A DNA stretch of 64,000 bases from Candidatus Poriferisocius sp. (GTDB taxonomy: Bacteria > Actinomycetota > Acidimicrobiia > Acidimicrobiales > Bin134). The stretch is taken from NCBI RefSeq assembly GCF_965208355.1, contig NZ_CBDBOM010000003.1, forward strand, positions 1,297,339-1,361,338, read 5' to 3'. The position numbers were made by a program, and so were the translations under genes. Of the stretch, positions 34,501 through 46,815 are shown in pieces (the first letter of the stretch is position 1; each line of letters begins with the position of its first letter). The notes beneath the pieces are model-generated. The model searched no databases. It was not told the origin of the DNA and saw only the letters and a program-made list of their open reading frames with translations.

Positions 34501-36236
34501 ATGAAAATGAACGGCGGACAAGCCCTTATGAAGGCCCTCGAGAACGAGGGCGTGGACATCTTGTTCGGGCTGCCCGGCGGGGCCATCCTGCCCGTGTATG
34601 ACCCGCTGATCGACTCTTCCATCCGCCATGTGCTGGTGCGCCATGAGCAGGGCGCAGGCCACATGGCCGAGGGGTACGCCCACGCCACCGGCCGCCCCGG
34701 TGTGGCCATGGTCACCTCGGGTCCGGCGGCCACCAACATCGTCACCCCGCTGTGCGATGCCTACATGGACTCCATCCCCATGGTGGTGGTGACCGGCCAG
34801 GTTCCCTATGCGGCCATCGGCACCGACGCCTTTCAGGAGTGCGACACCACCGGCATCACCATGTCGGTGACCAAGCACAACTACCTGGTGACCGAGGCGG
34901 CCGACATCCCCCAGGTGATCCACGACGCCTTCTACATCGCCACCACCGGCCGTCCCGGACCGGTGCTGGTGGACATCCCCAAAGACATTGTCGACCCCAA
35001 CAACCCCCGTTCGGCGATGGAGTGGTACACCCCCGACAGCCACGACCTGCCCGGCTACCTCCCCAACATCGCGGGCGACGCCGAGCTGATCCGCCAGGCG
35101 GCCAAACTTATCTGCGAGGCCGAGCGCCCGATCCTCTACACCGGGGGCGGCATCTTGAAGTCGCGGGGTGCGGAGGCCCTGTTGGAGCTGGCTGAGATGA
35201 CCGGCATCCACGTGGTCACCACCTTGATGAATCGGGGCGGATTCCCCGACGACCATCCGCTGTGTTTGGGCATGCCCGGAATGCACGGCAACTACACCGC
35301 GGTCACCGCTATGCAGGAGGCCGACCTGCTCATTGCGCTGGGCGCCCGATTCGACGACCGGGTCACCGGCAAGGTGGGCGAGTTCGCCCCCTTGGCCAAG
35401 GTCATCCATGTGGACATCGACAGCGCCGAGTTGGGCAAGGTGCGCCGTCCTGATGTCGCAATCCAGGGCGATTGCCGGGTGGTCACCGAAGAACTGGTCA
35501 AAGCACTCAAGGAGATGGGGGGAAGCGAGGCCCAACCCGACCGCAATGCTTGGCGGTCCCGCATTAGCGGCTGGCAGGAGCGGTTCCCGTTGACCTATGA
35601 GCAGTCCAAGGGCGACGAGCTGCTGAAGCCCCAGTACGTGCTGGAGCAGCTCCGAGATTCTACGCCCGACGACACCATTGTGGCCTCGGGAGTGGGTCAG
35701 CACCAGATGTGGACCAGTCAGTATTGGAAGTTCAACCACCCCTACACCTGGGTGAACTCGGGCGGCTTGGGCACGATGGGGTTCGCCATCCCCGCGGCCA
35801 TCGGAGCCAAGGCGGGCCGACCGGACCGAATGGTGTGGGCCGTGGACGGCGACGGCTGCTTCCAGATGACCGCACAAGAGCTGGTCACCGCGGCCACCGA
35901 GGGCTTCCCCATCAAGGTGGCCCTCATCAACAACGCCTATTTGGGGATGGTCCGCCAGTGGCAGGAGATGTTCTACGAAGAGCGCTATTCCGAGGTTTAC
36001 CTGACCCGCGACGTGCCCGACTACAAGATGTGGGCCGAGGCGCTGGGCTGCGTCGGACTTCGGGTGGAGTCGCCCGAGGAGGTCGGCCCAGCCATCGCCC
36101 AGGCTAACGACATAAATGACCAGCCCGTGGTTGTTGAGTTTCGCTGCGAGGCCGAGGAGAACGTCTTTCCGATGGTTCCAGCGGGCATGTCCAACAGCGA
36201 CGTTGTGGTCGACCCATCACAGCGAGATCGACCCCG

Positions 36237-36240
<4 letters not shown>
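34501..36240 (+). CDS. ilvB: Acetolactate synthase large subunit
   Basis: ThDP enzyme with GGLGTMGFAIPAAIGAK and VDGDGCFQM...N motifs. Followed by ilvN and ilvC. Confidence 0.93.
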
Positions 36241-37849
<1,609 letters not shown>

Positions 37850-37869
37850 TCCCCGGCCAGCCTTCGATA

Positions 37870-37885
37870 GCTGCCAAACGGCAGC
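37870..37885 (+). terminator. Weak hairpin after ilvC
   Basis: GCTGCC-AAAC-GGCAGC followed by AATTCATT. Only a 6-bp stem and a poor U tract. Confidence 0.25.
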
Positions 37886-37933
37886 AATTCATTAGTATCT
37901 ACCCGGCAACTCCGAAAGGAAGAGAGAAGAGCC

Positions 37934-39247
37934 GTGAGCGAAAACTGGGGTTTTGAGACCAAGCAGATCCACTCCGGGCAGGAGCCCGATCCGGCCACCG
38001 GATCGCGGGCCGTGCCCATCTACCAGACCACCTCCTATGTGTTCCGCGACACCGAGCACGCTGCTGCGCTGTTCGGGCTGGCCGAGGTGGGCAACATCTA
38101 CACCCGGATCATGAATCCCACCCAGATGGTGCTGGAGGCCCGGCTTTCCGCGCTGGAAGGCGGGACTGAGACCGCAATCGGGATCCCCGGGGCGCTGGCC
38201 ATGGCCTCGGGCCAGGCCGCGGAGACGCTGGCCATCTTGAACCTGGCCGAGTCGGGCGACCACGTGATTTCCTCCGCGTCGCTGTACGGCGGCACCTACA
38301 ACCTGCTGCACTACACCCTGCCCAAGATGGGCATCGAGGTGTCGTTCATCGAGGATCCCGACGACCTGGGTGCTTGGAAGAACGCCATCCAGGAGAACAC
38401 CAAGGTGCTCTACGCCGAGACCATCGGAAACCCCAAGAACGACTGCCTCGACATCGAGGGCGTCGCCGCGGTGGGCCACGCCGAGGGAATACCCCTGATG
38501 GTGGACAACACGGTGCCGTCTCCCTATCTGATCCGCCCGCTGGAGCACGGGGCCGACATCGTGGTCCACTCAATGACCAAGTTCATCGGAGGCCACGGCA
38601 ACTCCATTGGTGGAGTCATCATCGACGGCGGCACCTTCGACTACGGGGCCAGCGGTCGCTTCCCCAACTTCACCGAGCCCGACCCCAGCTACCACGGCCT
38701 GGCTTTCTGGCCGGCATTGGGCAACGGTTCCTTCATCATCAAGGCCCGGGTGCAACTGCTTCGGGACATCGGTGCGGCCATCTCCCCGCAGAATGCCTTC
38801 TACTTCCTCCAAGGGTTGGAGACGCTCAGCATGCGCATGGAGCGGCACTGCTCCAACGCCAACGCGGTGGTCGACTACCTGGAAGGTCACGACCAGGTTG
38901 AGTCGGTGCAATTCGGCGGCCTGTCGTCCAGTCCGTGGCACGAGCGGATGAATCACTACACCGACGGCAAGGGCTACGGCTCGGTGCCCGCCTTCCACAT
39001 CGAGGGTGGACGCGAAGCCGGTGAGAAGTTTGTGAACGCTCTAACCCTGCACAGCCATGTGGCCAACATCGGCGATGTGCGCAGCCTGGTGATCCACCCG
39101 GCGTCCACCACCCACTCCCAGCTCACCGAGGAAGAGCAGATCAGCACTGGGGTGTACCCCGGACTGGTGCGGCTCTCGGTCGGTTTGGAGACGGTGGACG
39201 ACATCATCGCCGACTTGGAGCAGGGCTTCGCAGCTGCCCGGGGCTGA
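37934..39247 (+). CDS. metY: O-acetylhomoserine sulfhydrylase (aminocarboxypropyltransferase)
   Basis: Cys/Met-metabolism PLP enzyme. PLP lysine in [14 protein letters not shown] start after AAGGAAGAGAGAAG. Confidence 0.85.
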   Translation: MSENWGFETKQIHSGQEPDPATGSRAVPIYQTTSYVFRDTEHAAALFGLAEVGNIYTRIMNPTQMVLEARLSALEGGTETAIGIPGALAMASGQAAETLAILNLAESGDHVISSASLYGGTYNLLHYTLPKMGIEVSFIEDPDDLGAWKNAIQENTKVLYAETIGNPKNDCLDIEGVAAVGHAEGIPLMVDNTVPSPYLIRPLEHGADIVVHSMTKFIGGHGNSIGGVIIDGGTFDYGASGRFPNFTEPDPSYHGLAFWPALGNGSFIIKARVQLLRDIGAAISPQNAFYFLQGLETLSMRMERHCSNANAVVDYLEGHDQVESVQFGGLSSSPWHERMNHYTDGKGYGSVPAFHIEGGREAGEKFVNALTLHSHVANIGDVRSLVIHPASTTHSQLTEEEQISTGVYPGLVRLSVGLETVDDIIADLEQGFAAARG

Positions 39248-39290
39248 CCCCGCCGCCCGCGCAACCTCTACTTCGTGCGACGATAAAGGC

Positions 39291-40865
39291 GTGCGGCTCG
39301 CCCGCTTCCTCAAGCTTGCAATTGCGCCGTTCGTGCTGACGGTGGCCTTGGCCTTGGTGGTCACAGCCTGCAAGACCCCCGATCTCCAGGGACCGGTGGT
39401 GTCGTCGCCCGAGCTGGCCACCCCCACTCCCACCCCCGAGCCTCAGGACACGGTGGTGCCCGGACCGACAGCCGAGCCGATTCGTTCCGGGGTCAGCGAT
39501 GCAGTGATTCGCATAGGGGTGATCGCCGACAGCAGCACCGGCAACCCCGTTACGGGAGGCAGCGAAGCGGCTTGGCTGGCCATGCGAGCCTGGGCCCAAG
39601 CGGTGAACAGCAGCGGCGGCCTGGGGGGCCGGGACGTGGAGGTCGTCCTTTTCGACGCCAACGTATTCGACCACCGAGCCGCCATTGAGGAAGCCTGCGA
39701 GAGTGACATCTTCGCTCTAGTGGGGTCTTATGCCCTATTCGACGGCGATGGCGTGGACCTCTTGAACGACCAGTCCTGCCTCCTGCCCGACTTCCCGGCC
39801 GCCGCACTGAGCCCGGCTCGGCGGTCGTCGCCGGTGACGTTTGTCTCCAATCCAACATCCAATACCGTTTGGCAGGCCGGTCCAGCCCAGTTCATGAGCG
39901 AGCGTTTCCCGGTCGCCGCGGCCGCCGTGGGCACGGTTGTGCTGGACATGCCGGTGGCGTTCTACCGGGCCCAGCGGGATATCGAGGCGGCCACTGCTGG
40001 AGGACTCAACTTTGCCTTTCAGGCCACGGCCGACGTGATCGACGAGGACTACGACGCGCTGGCCTCAGCCATGTTGGAAGCCCAGGTTCTGGGGATCACC
40101 TGGTCGGCCGACAGGAATCGGCTGATGGAACTGCTCCAGGCCCGGGCCGACCTTTTTGAGCAGCTGCCTACCTTCGATTTCCCTGCGCCCGAGGAGGAGC
40201 CCACCACCCTGCCCGAAGAGGAGCCTGACGACACTTCCGAAGCGGGCTCTGATGAGACGGGCGAAGGAGAGCCCACTGCTGATCCTGAAGTAGAGCCCCA
40301 GGAAGGGGAGGCAGTGGAGGAGCCCGCGGACGGGCCGACCTTCGTCCTCTGCGGCGCCGACTGCTATTCGCAGAGTTGGGCGGCCGAAGTCGCTGAACTG
40401 GGCTCGGATCTGTGGGTGAGCATAGGGGTGCTCCCCTTTGAGGAGCCGGGCGACAACGTCGAGTTGGTGAGGTACGTGCTCTTCTTGAGGGAGGAAGTGG
40501 ACGAGGAGGCCGAGGTTGACCTGATCGGCCTTTCCAGCTGGGCGTCTGCGCTCTTGTTCGAAGAAGCAGTCAACCGGGCCATGTTCACCAGCGGTGGGGG
40601 ACTGACCCGGGAGTTGGTGATTGAGTCGGCCCGCACCATCACCGAATGGGACGGCCGAGGACTGCACGGGCCGACAAACCCTGCGGAGGGAATCCCATCG
40701 CCGTGCTTCCTGCTGATGAGCCCCACCCCCAGCGGCTGGATCCGGCGCCACCCTGCCACCCCGGGCACGATGGATTGCGACCCTGACAACTTGGTGGAGC
40801 TAGTGGAATCGGCGACCTTGGGTGTCGATCCCAGCCAGCCCAACACGGACGAGGCGTCGTCCTAG
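39291..40865 (+). CDS. Solute-binding lipoprotein, LivK-like (type I PBP) with an internal acidic low-complexity insert
   Basis: Signal plus lipobox (LVVTAC). Branched-chain-amino-acid-binding-like lobes. A ~70-aa Glu/Pro/Asp-rich insert (PAPEEEPTTLPEEEPDD...EAVEEPADG). Confidence 0.55.
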   Translation: MRLARFLKLAIAPFVLTVALALVVTACKTPDLQGPVVSSPELATPTPTPEPQDTVVPGPTAEPIRSGVSDAVIRIGVIADSSTGNPVTGGSEAAWLAMRAWAQAVNSSGGLGGRDVEVVLFDANVFDHRAAIEEACESDIFALVGSYALFDGDGVDLLNDQSCLLPDFPAAALSPARRSSPVTFVSNPTSNTVWQAGPAQFMSERFPVAAAAVGTVVLDMPVAFYRAQRDIEAATAGGLNFAFQATADVIDEDYDALASAMLEAQVLGITWSADRNRLMELLQARADLFEQLPTFDFPAPEEEPTTLPEEEPDDTSEAGSDETGEGEPTADPEVEPQEGEAVEEPADGPTFVLCGADCYSQSWAAEVAELGSDLWVSIGVLPFEEPGDNVELVRYVLFLREEVDEEAEVDLIGLSSWASALLFEEAVNRAMFTSGGGLTRELVIESARTITEWDGRGLHGPTNPAEGIPSPCFLLMSPTPSGWIRRHPATPGTMDCDPDNLVELVESATLGVDPSQPNTDEASS

Positions 40866-40892
40866 CGGTGTGCCCCCAGGAGCTGACTGATC

Positions 40893-42338
40893 TCAGTTCC
40901 CGCTGACGAATTCGCTGTTCTCGGAGTCCCAGTAGAGCCGGACAAGCGGTGCGTTGTCAGCGCTGTACTTTCCTTCGCTGAGAGAGGCGGAGGTGGTGCC
41001 GGTGAGATCAAATGATCCCAGGCCACGGGCGGCCTCGATGAACGAATCTTGGGTGAGCACCGGACCAGCGGCGGTGGCGATGGCAACGAAGAGCTCAATA
41101 CCACGACATGACCGGATTGTCGGGGGGAGGTTGTTGGGCCTCGGGCTGGGGACATTGACGTTGACTATGTTCCCGCTGCGGGTTTCATAGTTCTCGACGC
41201 ACTCTTGAACACCGGCTTCGCCAGCGTTGTAATAGTCCTGGAGTGTTGGGACGCCATAGGCAAATAGGTTGACTTGCCCCGGGTTGTAGCCAAATTCGAC
41301 ATATGCAGATGGGGCGACCGCGTCCGTAACGACCACCAGATCGCTCCCGGCCCGCTCCACCGCCCCAACCGTTCCGTAGCCGCCATTGAAGGTCAAGATG
41401 ACGTCGACATCGTCAGCTTCGGCGCGTTCGATCCAGACGTCGGCTTGTGCTTCTCCCGCGGGGACATCGCCTGGAGGAGTAGTCGTAACTAGCGTCCGAG
41501 TCACGGTGCCGCCAGCGGCTTCAACCAGCTCCTTTACTGGCTCGAGAAGGATCTCGTCTTCCGCCGCCGACGCATGGATCTGGATCCTCTTGCCCTCGAT
41601 CTGCCCATCGGTTGCGGCAGCAGTGATGAGACTGTTGATCCTCTCGATGAGGCCTCCCTGTGTGGTAAAGAGCAACCCGCCGCTTCGCCCGATGACGTCG
41701 GGTGCCATTTCTGCTGTGTTCACGGCCAGGGCCCCGTACAGCTCGGTGTAGCAGAGCACTCCGTCCCAGAGGACGAAGCCCACAAACGCAAAGACCTCCT
41801 CGTCTTCGACGAACCGCACGCACACTCCCTCGATGGCCGCATCGTCGACTGGCGAGTATTCCCCGAACACCGGTACCAACAGTCGTCCGTTGACGCCTCC
41901 CGCGTCGTTGGCCCTGTCAATGGCCGCCTGCCACTGGGCCTCGTGGTCGCCGTTGTCGATGCCGAATTCGGTGACGTCGACGAATCCGACGCCGATCTTG
42001 ATCTCAGTCTCGGTGACCCCGCGGTACGACGCGGTGAGCACCACTGGCTCGGGCTTGGGCTCCTCGGGGGCTGCCTCTTCAGGCGCAGCCTCTTCTGGCC
42101 CGGTGTCTTCGGGTTCGGCGGCCTGAGGCTCGGCGTCTTCAGGCTCGGGCTCTACCTGCTCAACCTCTTCAGGTTCTGTTGCTTCCGGTTCAGCAGCTTG
42201 GGGTGCAGGTGCTTCGGGTTCCGCTTCTTCGGCGATTGCCGGTGGGGCATCGCCTCCCGAACCGTCATCGTCGTTGCCCCCGCAAGCTGCTGCTACCAGC
42301 GCCAATGCGAGAAGCAAAGCCAGAATCCATCGCCGCAT
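40893..42338 (-). CDS. Solute-binding lipoprotein, LivK-like, with a long acidic PE-rich tether
   Basis: MRRWILALLLALALVAAAC lipobox, ~90 aa of (A/E/P) repeats, then a PBP fold. Start set at MRRW. Confidence 0.55.
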   Translation of the reverse strand: MRRWILALLLALALVAAACGGNDDDGSGGDAPPAIAEEAEPEAPAPQAAEPEATEPEEVEQVEPEPEDAEPQAAEPEDTGPEEAAPEEAAPEEPKPEPVVLTASYRGVTETEIKIGVGFVDVTEFGIDNGDHEAQWQAAIDRANDAGGVNGRLLVPVFGEYSPVDDAAIEGVCVRFVEDEEVFAFVGFVLWDGVLCYTELYGALAVNTAEMAPDVIGRSGGLLFTTQGGLIERINSLITAAATDGQIEGKRIQIHASAAEDEILLEPVKELVEAAGGTVTRTLVTTTPPGDVPAGEAQADVWIERAEADDVDVILTFNGGYGTVGAVERAGSDLVVVTDAVAPSAYVEFGYNPGQVNLFAYGVPTLQDYYNAGEAGVQECVENYETRSGNIVNVNVPSPRPNNLPPTIRSCRGIELFVAIATAAGPVLTQDSFIEAARGLGSFDLTGTTSASLSEGKYSADNAPLVRLYWDSENSEFVSGN

Positions 42339-42377
42339 TATCGTGCCCCCAAAAAATCCTGAGCATAGGGTAGTCAA

Positions 42378-44729
42378 CTAGAGCCCGACAGGCCGTGTGC
42401 CGCTGACGCCCTTGGCCTCCAATTCAGCCAGCTCGTTATCGGTCAAGCCCAGTTCGCCGCCCAGTATCTCGTGGTTGTGCTGGCCAAGGAGGGGAGCCGG
42501 GGTCTTGGTCCAGGGGCCGGGGGACGATTCGAACCGGAAGGGCAGGCTGGCCGCTGATACTTCCCCGCACACCGGGTGGTCGATTGGCTCAATGAATGAG
42601 CGGGTCCGCAGTTGGGGGTGGTTGCTGATTTCGGCGGGCAGCACCACCATGCTGGCCGGGACTCCGGCGTCGAGCAGTTGCGCCACCGCGTCGGCGTCAG
42701 TTTGAGGGGCCACCCATTCGGCTATTCCGGCATCGATGGAGTCGGCCGCGGCCCGGCGCTTGTCAACGGTGTCGTAGTTAGCCCAATCGGGGCGGTCTAG
42801 AAGGTCGCAGAGGCTCTTCCACTGGTGGTCGTCGGCTACTGACACGGCCACCCAGCGCTCATGCCCGGCGGCGAGGTAAACCCCCTGGGGAGCGGCCCGC
42901 GGGCCCCGATTGCCCTCGCGGGGGAGTTGGCGGCCGAGGGCGGAATACTCCACCAATTGCTCAGCCGCGGCGTTGAGGGCGGCGGCCACCATGGTCACCT
43001 CCACTAGACGCCCTTGGCCGGTGCGGTCCCGTTCCTCGAGGGCGGTGAGGGTGGCGAACACCGCGTGCATGCCGGCCAGCGGGTCGCACGGGCCTCGGGG
43101 GATTTGGGGATCCTCGTCCGGGTATCCGGTGATGTTGGCCATCCCGGTTAGCTGTTCCATGGTCTGGGCGAAACCGGTGTTGTTTCGCCAAGCGCCGCTG
43201 AGGCCGAAGGCGGGCATCCGGGCCATGATCAGCTTGGGGTTGATTTCTGACAGCCGCTCCCAGGTGAGGCCGAAGCCGTCCATCACTCGGGGGGTGAAGT
43301 TCTCGATCACCACATCGGCGTCGGCGATCAACCGCTCGGCCACCGCCACCCCTTCGGGGGAGCGGAGGTCGAGGGTGATGTCCCGCTTGTTGGTGTTAGC
43401 CCCGTGGAAGACCATGCCCCACTCCCACCACTGGTCCGCCGAGGGCGGGCGGGCGGAGGCGAAGCGCATTCCGTCGGCTCGTTGGATGGACTCGATTTTG
43501 ACCACGTCGGCGCCGAGCAGAGCCAAGGAGTGGCTGGCGATGGGCCCGGCCCACCAGGCGGTGAAGTCGATCACTCGTATTCCGGCTAGAGGGAGCGCAT
43601 TGGGCTCCCCCCGGTTGGGTTGGGGGGTGTGGGCTTCGATCTGACCGGTGTGCTCACCGGCGCCGGGGACGGGTTCGAAGGGCCGGGTGGCGGCGCCGTG
43701 CAGTTGGTAGGGGACGGCGGGCTGGGTGAACCCGCCCGAGGGGTTGGTGGTGAAGGCGTCCCGGCCGGAGAACGCCTCCAAGGTGGGCACGGTCGCCCCG
43801 CTTCCGATGGGGGCCACCGGGATGCGCCGGGCCGAGGCCTCGGCGATCACCTCGGCGGTGGTGCGCTGGGTGGTCCAGGCGTGCATGGCGGCTCGGAACT
43901 CGTCCCTCCGCTTCCAGCGGCCGCCGTAGCCGCACATCTCCTCGTCCTCCAGCCAATCGGAACGGCCGATCATCACCAGAAAGTCCAGGAATTGCTGGCG
44001 GGCCACCGTGCAGAAACCCACGTGGCCGTCGGCGGTGGGCTCGATCGAAGGAAGCTCAACGTTTCGGCTGGGACGCTCGGGGTTGGTGTCGCCACTCAGC
44101 TCGGCGGCGATCCACGCGTAGGTGTTCATGGTCATGACCATGGTCTCGAACATGGACACGTCCACATGGTCGCCTCGACCGCTGCGCCCGGCGGCTCGGG
44201 CCGCGGCCAGCGCCCCCACCCCGGCGTAGATGGCCGCGGTCCACTCGCCGATAACGCCGCCGGCCTGCACCGGGGGTCGCTCCGGGTTGCCCCGCTTGCC
44301 GATGCCCCCGCACTCGGCCTGCAAAGTGAACTCGGTGGCTGGCCGATGGGCATAGGGTCCGGTGCGCCCCCACGGGGAGATCGACACCAGCACCAGCGCG
44401 GGGTTGGCCTGGCGGGCGGCGTCGATGATTGACGGGGCAAGACCCTGGTCTGTGGAGTCGATGAGGATGTCAGCGCTAGCCAGCAGATCGGCCATGGCTG
44501 GATCGCTGGGATCGCCGACCACCGAGCGCTTGGAGGTGTTGAGGAACTGAAACAGAGGGCCGTCTCTGTCGCCCAGCTCTGCTCCCGACGCCGACCACCG
44601 CCGTAGAGGCTCCCCGCCGGGAGGCTCGATCTTGATGACGTCGGCGCCGGCGTCAGCCAGCAGCTTTCCCGCATAGGAGGCGGCAATCCCTCCGCCCACC
44701 TCGATGACTCGCAGGTGCTGGAGAATCAT
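42378..44729 (-). CDS. Tandem-fused family III CoA-transferase (two CaiB/BaiF-like modules)
   Basis: Two copies of the N-terminal signature: LRVIEVGGGIAASYAGKLLADAGADVIKIEPP near residue 5 and IRVIDFTAWWAGPIASHSLALLGADVVKIESI near residue 400. 783 aa, about twice the normal length. Confidence 0.75.
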   Translation of the reverse strand: MILQHLRVIEVGGGIAASYAGKLLADAGADVIKIEPPGGEPLRRWSASGAELGDRDGPLFQFLNTSKRSVVGDPSDPAMADLLASADILIDSTDQGLAPSIIDAARQANPALVLVSISPWGRTGPYAHRPATEFTLQAECGGIGKRGNPERPPVQAGGVIGEWTAAIYAGVGALAAARAAGRSGRGDHVDVSMFETMVMTMNTYAWIAAELSGDTNPERPSRNVELPSIEPTADGHVGFCTVARQQFLDFLVMIGRSDWLEDEEMCGYGGRWKRRDEFRAAMHAWTTQRTTAEVIAEASARRIPVAPIGSGATVPTLEAFSGRDAFTTNPSGGFTQPAVPYQLHGAATRPFEPVPGAGEHTGQIEAHTPQPNRGEPNALPLAGIRVIDFTAWWAGPIASHSLALLGADVVKIESIQRADGMRFASARPPSADQWWEWGMVFHGANTNKRDITLDLRSPEGVAVAERLIADADVVIENFTPRVMDGFGLTWERLSEINPKLIMARMPAFGLSGAWRNNTGFAQTMEQLTGMANITGYPDEDPQIPRGPCDPLAGMHAVFATLTALEERDRTGQGRLVEVTMVAAALNAAAEQLVEYSALGRQLPREGNRGPRAAPQGVYLAAGHERWVAVSVADDHQWKSLCDLLDRPDWANYDTVDKRRAAADSIDAGIAEWVAPQTDADAVAQLLDAGVPASMVVLPAEISNHPQLRTRSFIEPIDHPVCGEVSAASLPFRFESSPGPWTKTPAPLLGQHNHEILGGELGLTDNELAELEAKGVSGTRPVGL

Positions 44730-44887
44730 TGAGGGCTAGGGGCGTCGACAAAAGACATCGCCCGGCAGGTTACTCAGCAAGGGCAATGGTTACCCACGCC
44801 TGCGGGTTGGGTCCCGGCGATTCACTACTAGTATTCGGGCTGCTTCATACCGGTCGGGTATCCGACGAGCAGAGAGAAGGAGTTGAC

Positions 44888-45817
44888 ATGGCCACGGTTG
44901 CGCTGCATGAGGAGATCGAGCCGCTCAAGGACATGGTGCCCCTTGATGTGATCAATGCGGAGAACTTGCCCGAGTTGCGGGGAATGCAATTTGGCGAGCC
45001 TCCTGAGCTCAGCGACGCGGTCGAGCGCACCGATCATGTGGTGGATGAGGCCAACGGCGTGGTGGTGCGGGTGCATCGAGAGGTGGGATCGGAAGGCGAT
45101 CTACCGTGCGTGTACTCGATTCACGGCGGGGGCTACATCCTGGGCAGTCGCGACATAGATGACGCCAAATTCGATCAGTGGTGCCCCAAGTACAGCATTG
45201 TCGGGGCGTCGGTGGAGTATCGGCTGGCCCCGGAGACGCCTTATCCCGGGGCACTGGAAGACTGCTACACGGGATTGAAGTGGGCCTACGACAATGCCGA
45301 TGAGCTCGGCATCGACCGGGACAAGATCGGCATAACCGGAGTCAGTGCCGGGGGAGGGCTGTGCGCTGCGCTGGCGCTGTTGGCCCGGGACCGGGGCGAG
45401 GTGCCACTGCAATTCCAGCTGCTGGACTGCCCCATGCTGGATGACCGCCAGATCACCCCATCGAGCAAGCTCAACGACTTGATCATCTGGACCAGGGAGT
45501 CAAACTCCTTCGGTTGGCAGAGCTACCTCGGTGATCTCTACGGCTCCAATGATGTGCCCTACACCGCGGCGGCCGCTCGGGCTGAGGATTTGTCGGGCCT
45601 GCCCGAGGCCTATGTGTGCGTCGGCGGGGCCGACGGCTTCCGCGATGAGGACATCGCCTACGCCATGCGCTTGTACGGCGCGGGCGTTCCCACCGAGCTC
45701 CACGTCTACCCCGGTGCCCCCCACGGTGTGGCTTTGTTCGCCCACCTCGAGATTGCCCAGCGCTACACAGCCGACCAAGAAGACTGGCTCCGCCGTCAGA
45801 TAGAACGGCTCGGCTGA
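44888..45817 (+). CDS. Alpha/beta hydrolase, HSL-type (family IV) esterase/lipase, copy 1
   Basis: Oxyanion HGGGY, nucleophile elbow GVSAGGG, GGADGFRDE and PHG catalytic region. Start set at ATG 44888 after AAGGAG. Confidence 0.8.
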   Translation: MATVALHEEIEPLKDMVPLDVINAENLPELRGMQFGEPPELSDAVERTDHVVDEANGVVVRVHREVGSEGDLPCVYSIHGGGYILGSRDIDDAKFDQWCPKYSIVGASVEYRLAPETPYPGALEDCYTGLKWAYDNADELGIDRDKIGITGVSAGGGLCAALALLARDRGEVPLQFQLLDCPMLDDRQITPSSKLNDLIIWTRESNSFGWQSYLGDLYGSNDVPYTAAAARAEDLSGLPEAYVCVGGADGFRDEDIAYAMRLYGAGVPTELHVYPGAPHGVALFAHLEIAQRYTADQEDWLRRQIERLG

Positions 45818-45851
45818 GTATCTGAAGTACGACATCTACCAAGGAGTTGAC

Positions 45852-46781
45852 ATGGCCACAGTGGCGGTAATTGAGGAGATCGAGGCGCTCATACCCATGC
45901 TATGGCGCGGGGAGATGAATGCGGAGAGACTTGCCGAGATGCGGGGGGTGCCGTTCTTTGAACCTCCTGAGCTCAGCGACGCGGTGAAGCGCACCGATCA
46001 TGTGGTGGATGAGGCCAACGGCGTGGTGGTGCGGGTGCACCGAGAGGTGGGGTCGGAAGGGGCCTTGCCTTGCGTGTACTCGATCCACGGTGGGGGTTAT
46101 ATCGGGGGCAGCTACGACATGGATGACGCCATATTCGACCGGTGGTGCCCCAAGTACGGAATTGTCGGGGTTTCTGTGGAGTATCGGCTGGCCCCGGAGA
46201 CGCGCTATCCCGGGCCGTTGGAGGACTGCTACGCCGGTTTGAAGTGGACGTACGACCATGCCGAAGATTTGGGCGTCGACCGGGACAAGATCGGCATCAC
46301 GGGGGCCAGTGCCGGGGGAGGGTTGTGCGCCGCGCTGGCGCTGCTGGCCCGGGATCGGGGCGAGGTGCCGTTGCAGTTCCAGATCTTGGATAGTCCGATG
46401 CTCGACGACCGCCAGATCACCCCTTCCAGCCAGATCGAAAACTTGGTGGTCTGGAACAGGGAGTCGAATGCCTTCGGCTGGCAGTGCTACTTGGGTGATC
46501 TCTACGGATCCGACGATGTGCCCTACACCGCGGCGCCGGCTCGGGCCGAGGACCTGTCAGGCCTGCCCGAGGCATACGTCTGCGTAGGCGGTGCCGACGG
46601 CTTCCGCGATGAGGACATCACCTACGCCATGCGTCTCTACGGTGCCGGTGTGCCCACCGAGCTCCACGTCTACCCCGGTGCTCCCCACGGCGTTCAAGTC
46701 TTCACCCAACTCGAGATTGCCCAGCGCTACATAGCCGACCAAGAAGACTGGCTCCGCCGCCAACTAGCGCGGCTTGGGTGA
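45852..46781 (+). CDS. Alpha/beta hydrolase, HSL-type esterase/lipase, copy 2
   Basis: Same motifs (HGGGY, GASAGGG). Long identical blocks shared with copies 1 and 3. Confidence 0.8.
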   Translation: MATVAVIEEIEALIPMLWRGEMNAERLAEMRGVPFFEPPELSDAVKRTDHVVDEANGVVVRVHREVGSEGALPCVYSIHGGGYIGGSYDMDDAIFDRWCPKYGIVGVSVEYRLAPETRYPGPLEDCYAGLKWTYDHAEDLGVDRDKIGITGASAGGGLCAALALLARDRGEVPLQFQILDSPMLDDRQITPSSQIENLVVWNRESNAFGWQCYLGDLYGSDDVPYTAAPARAEDLSGLPEAYVCVGGADGFRDEDITYAMRLYGAGVPTELHVYPGAPHGVQVFTQLEIAQRYIADQEDWLRRQLARLG

Positions 46782-46815
46782 GCATCGGAATTGCGGCAAA
46801 CACTTCGGAGTTGAA

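Noticed and set aside
34402-35877. 491-aa minus-strand ORF antisense to ilvB
   Set aside because: Gly/His/Arg/Val-rich low-complexity translation with no recognisable motifs. It sits entirely opposite a gene with unmistakable acetolactate synthase motifs. This is a typical open antisense frame in high-GC DNA.
37850-37933. Possible SAM riboswitch upstream of metY
   Set aside because: The gap is only 84 nt and contains just one 6-bp hairpin, too short and simple for any SAM riboswitch class that I can recognise.
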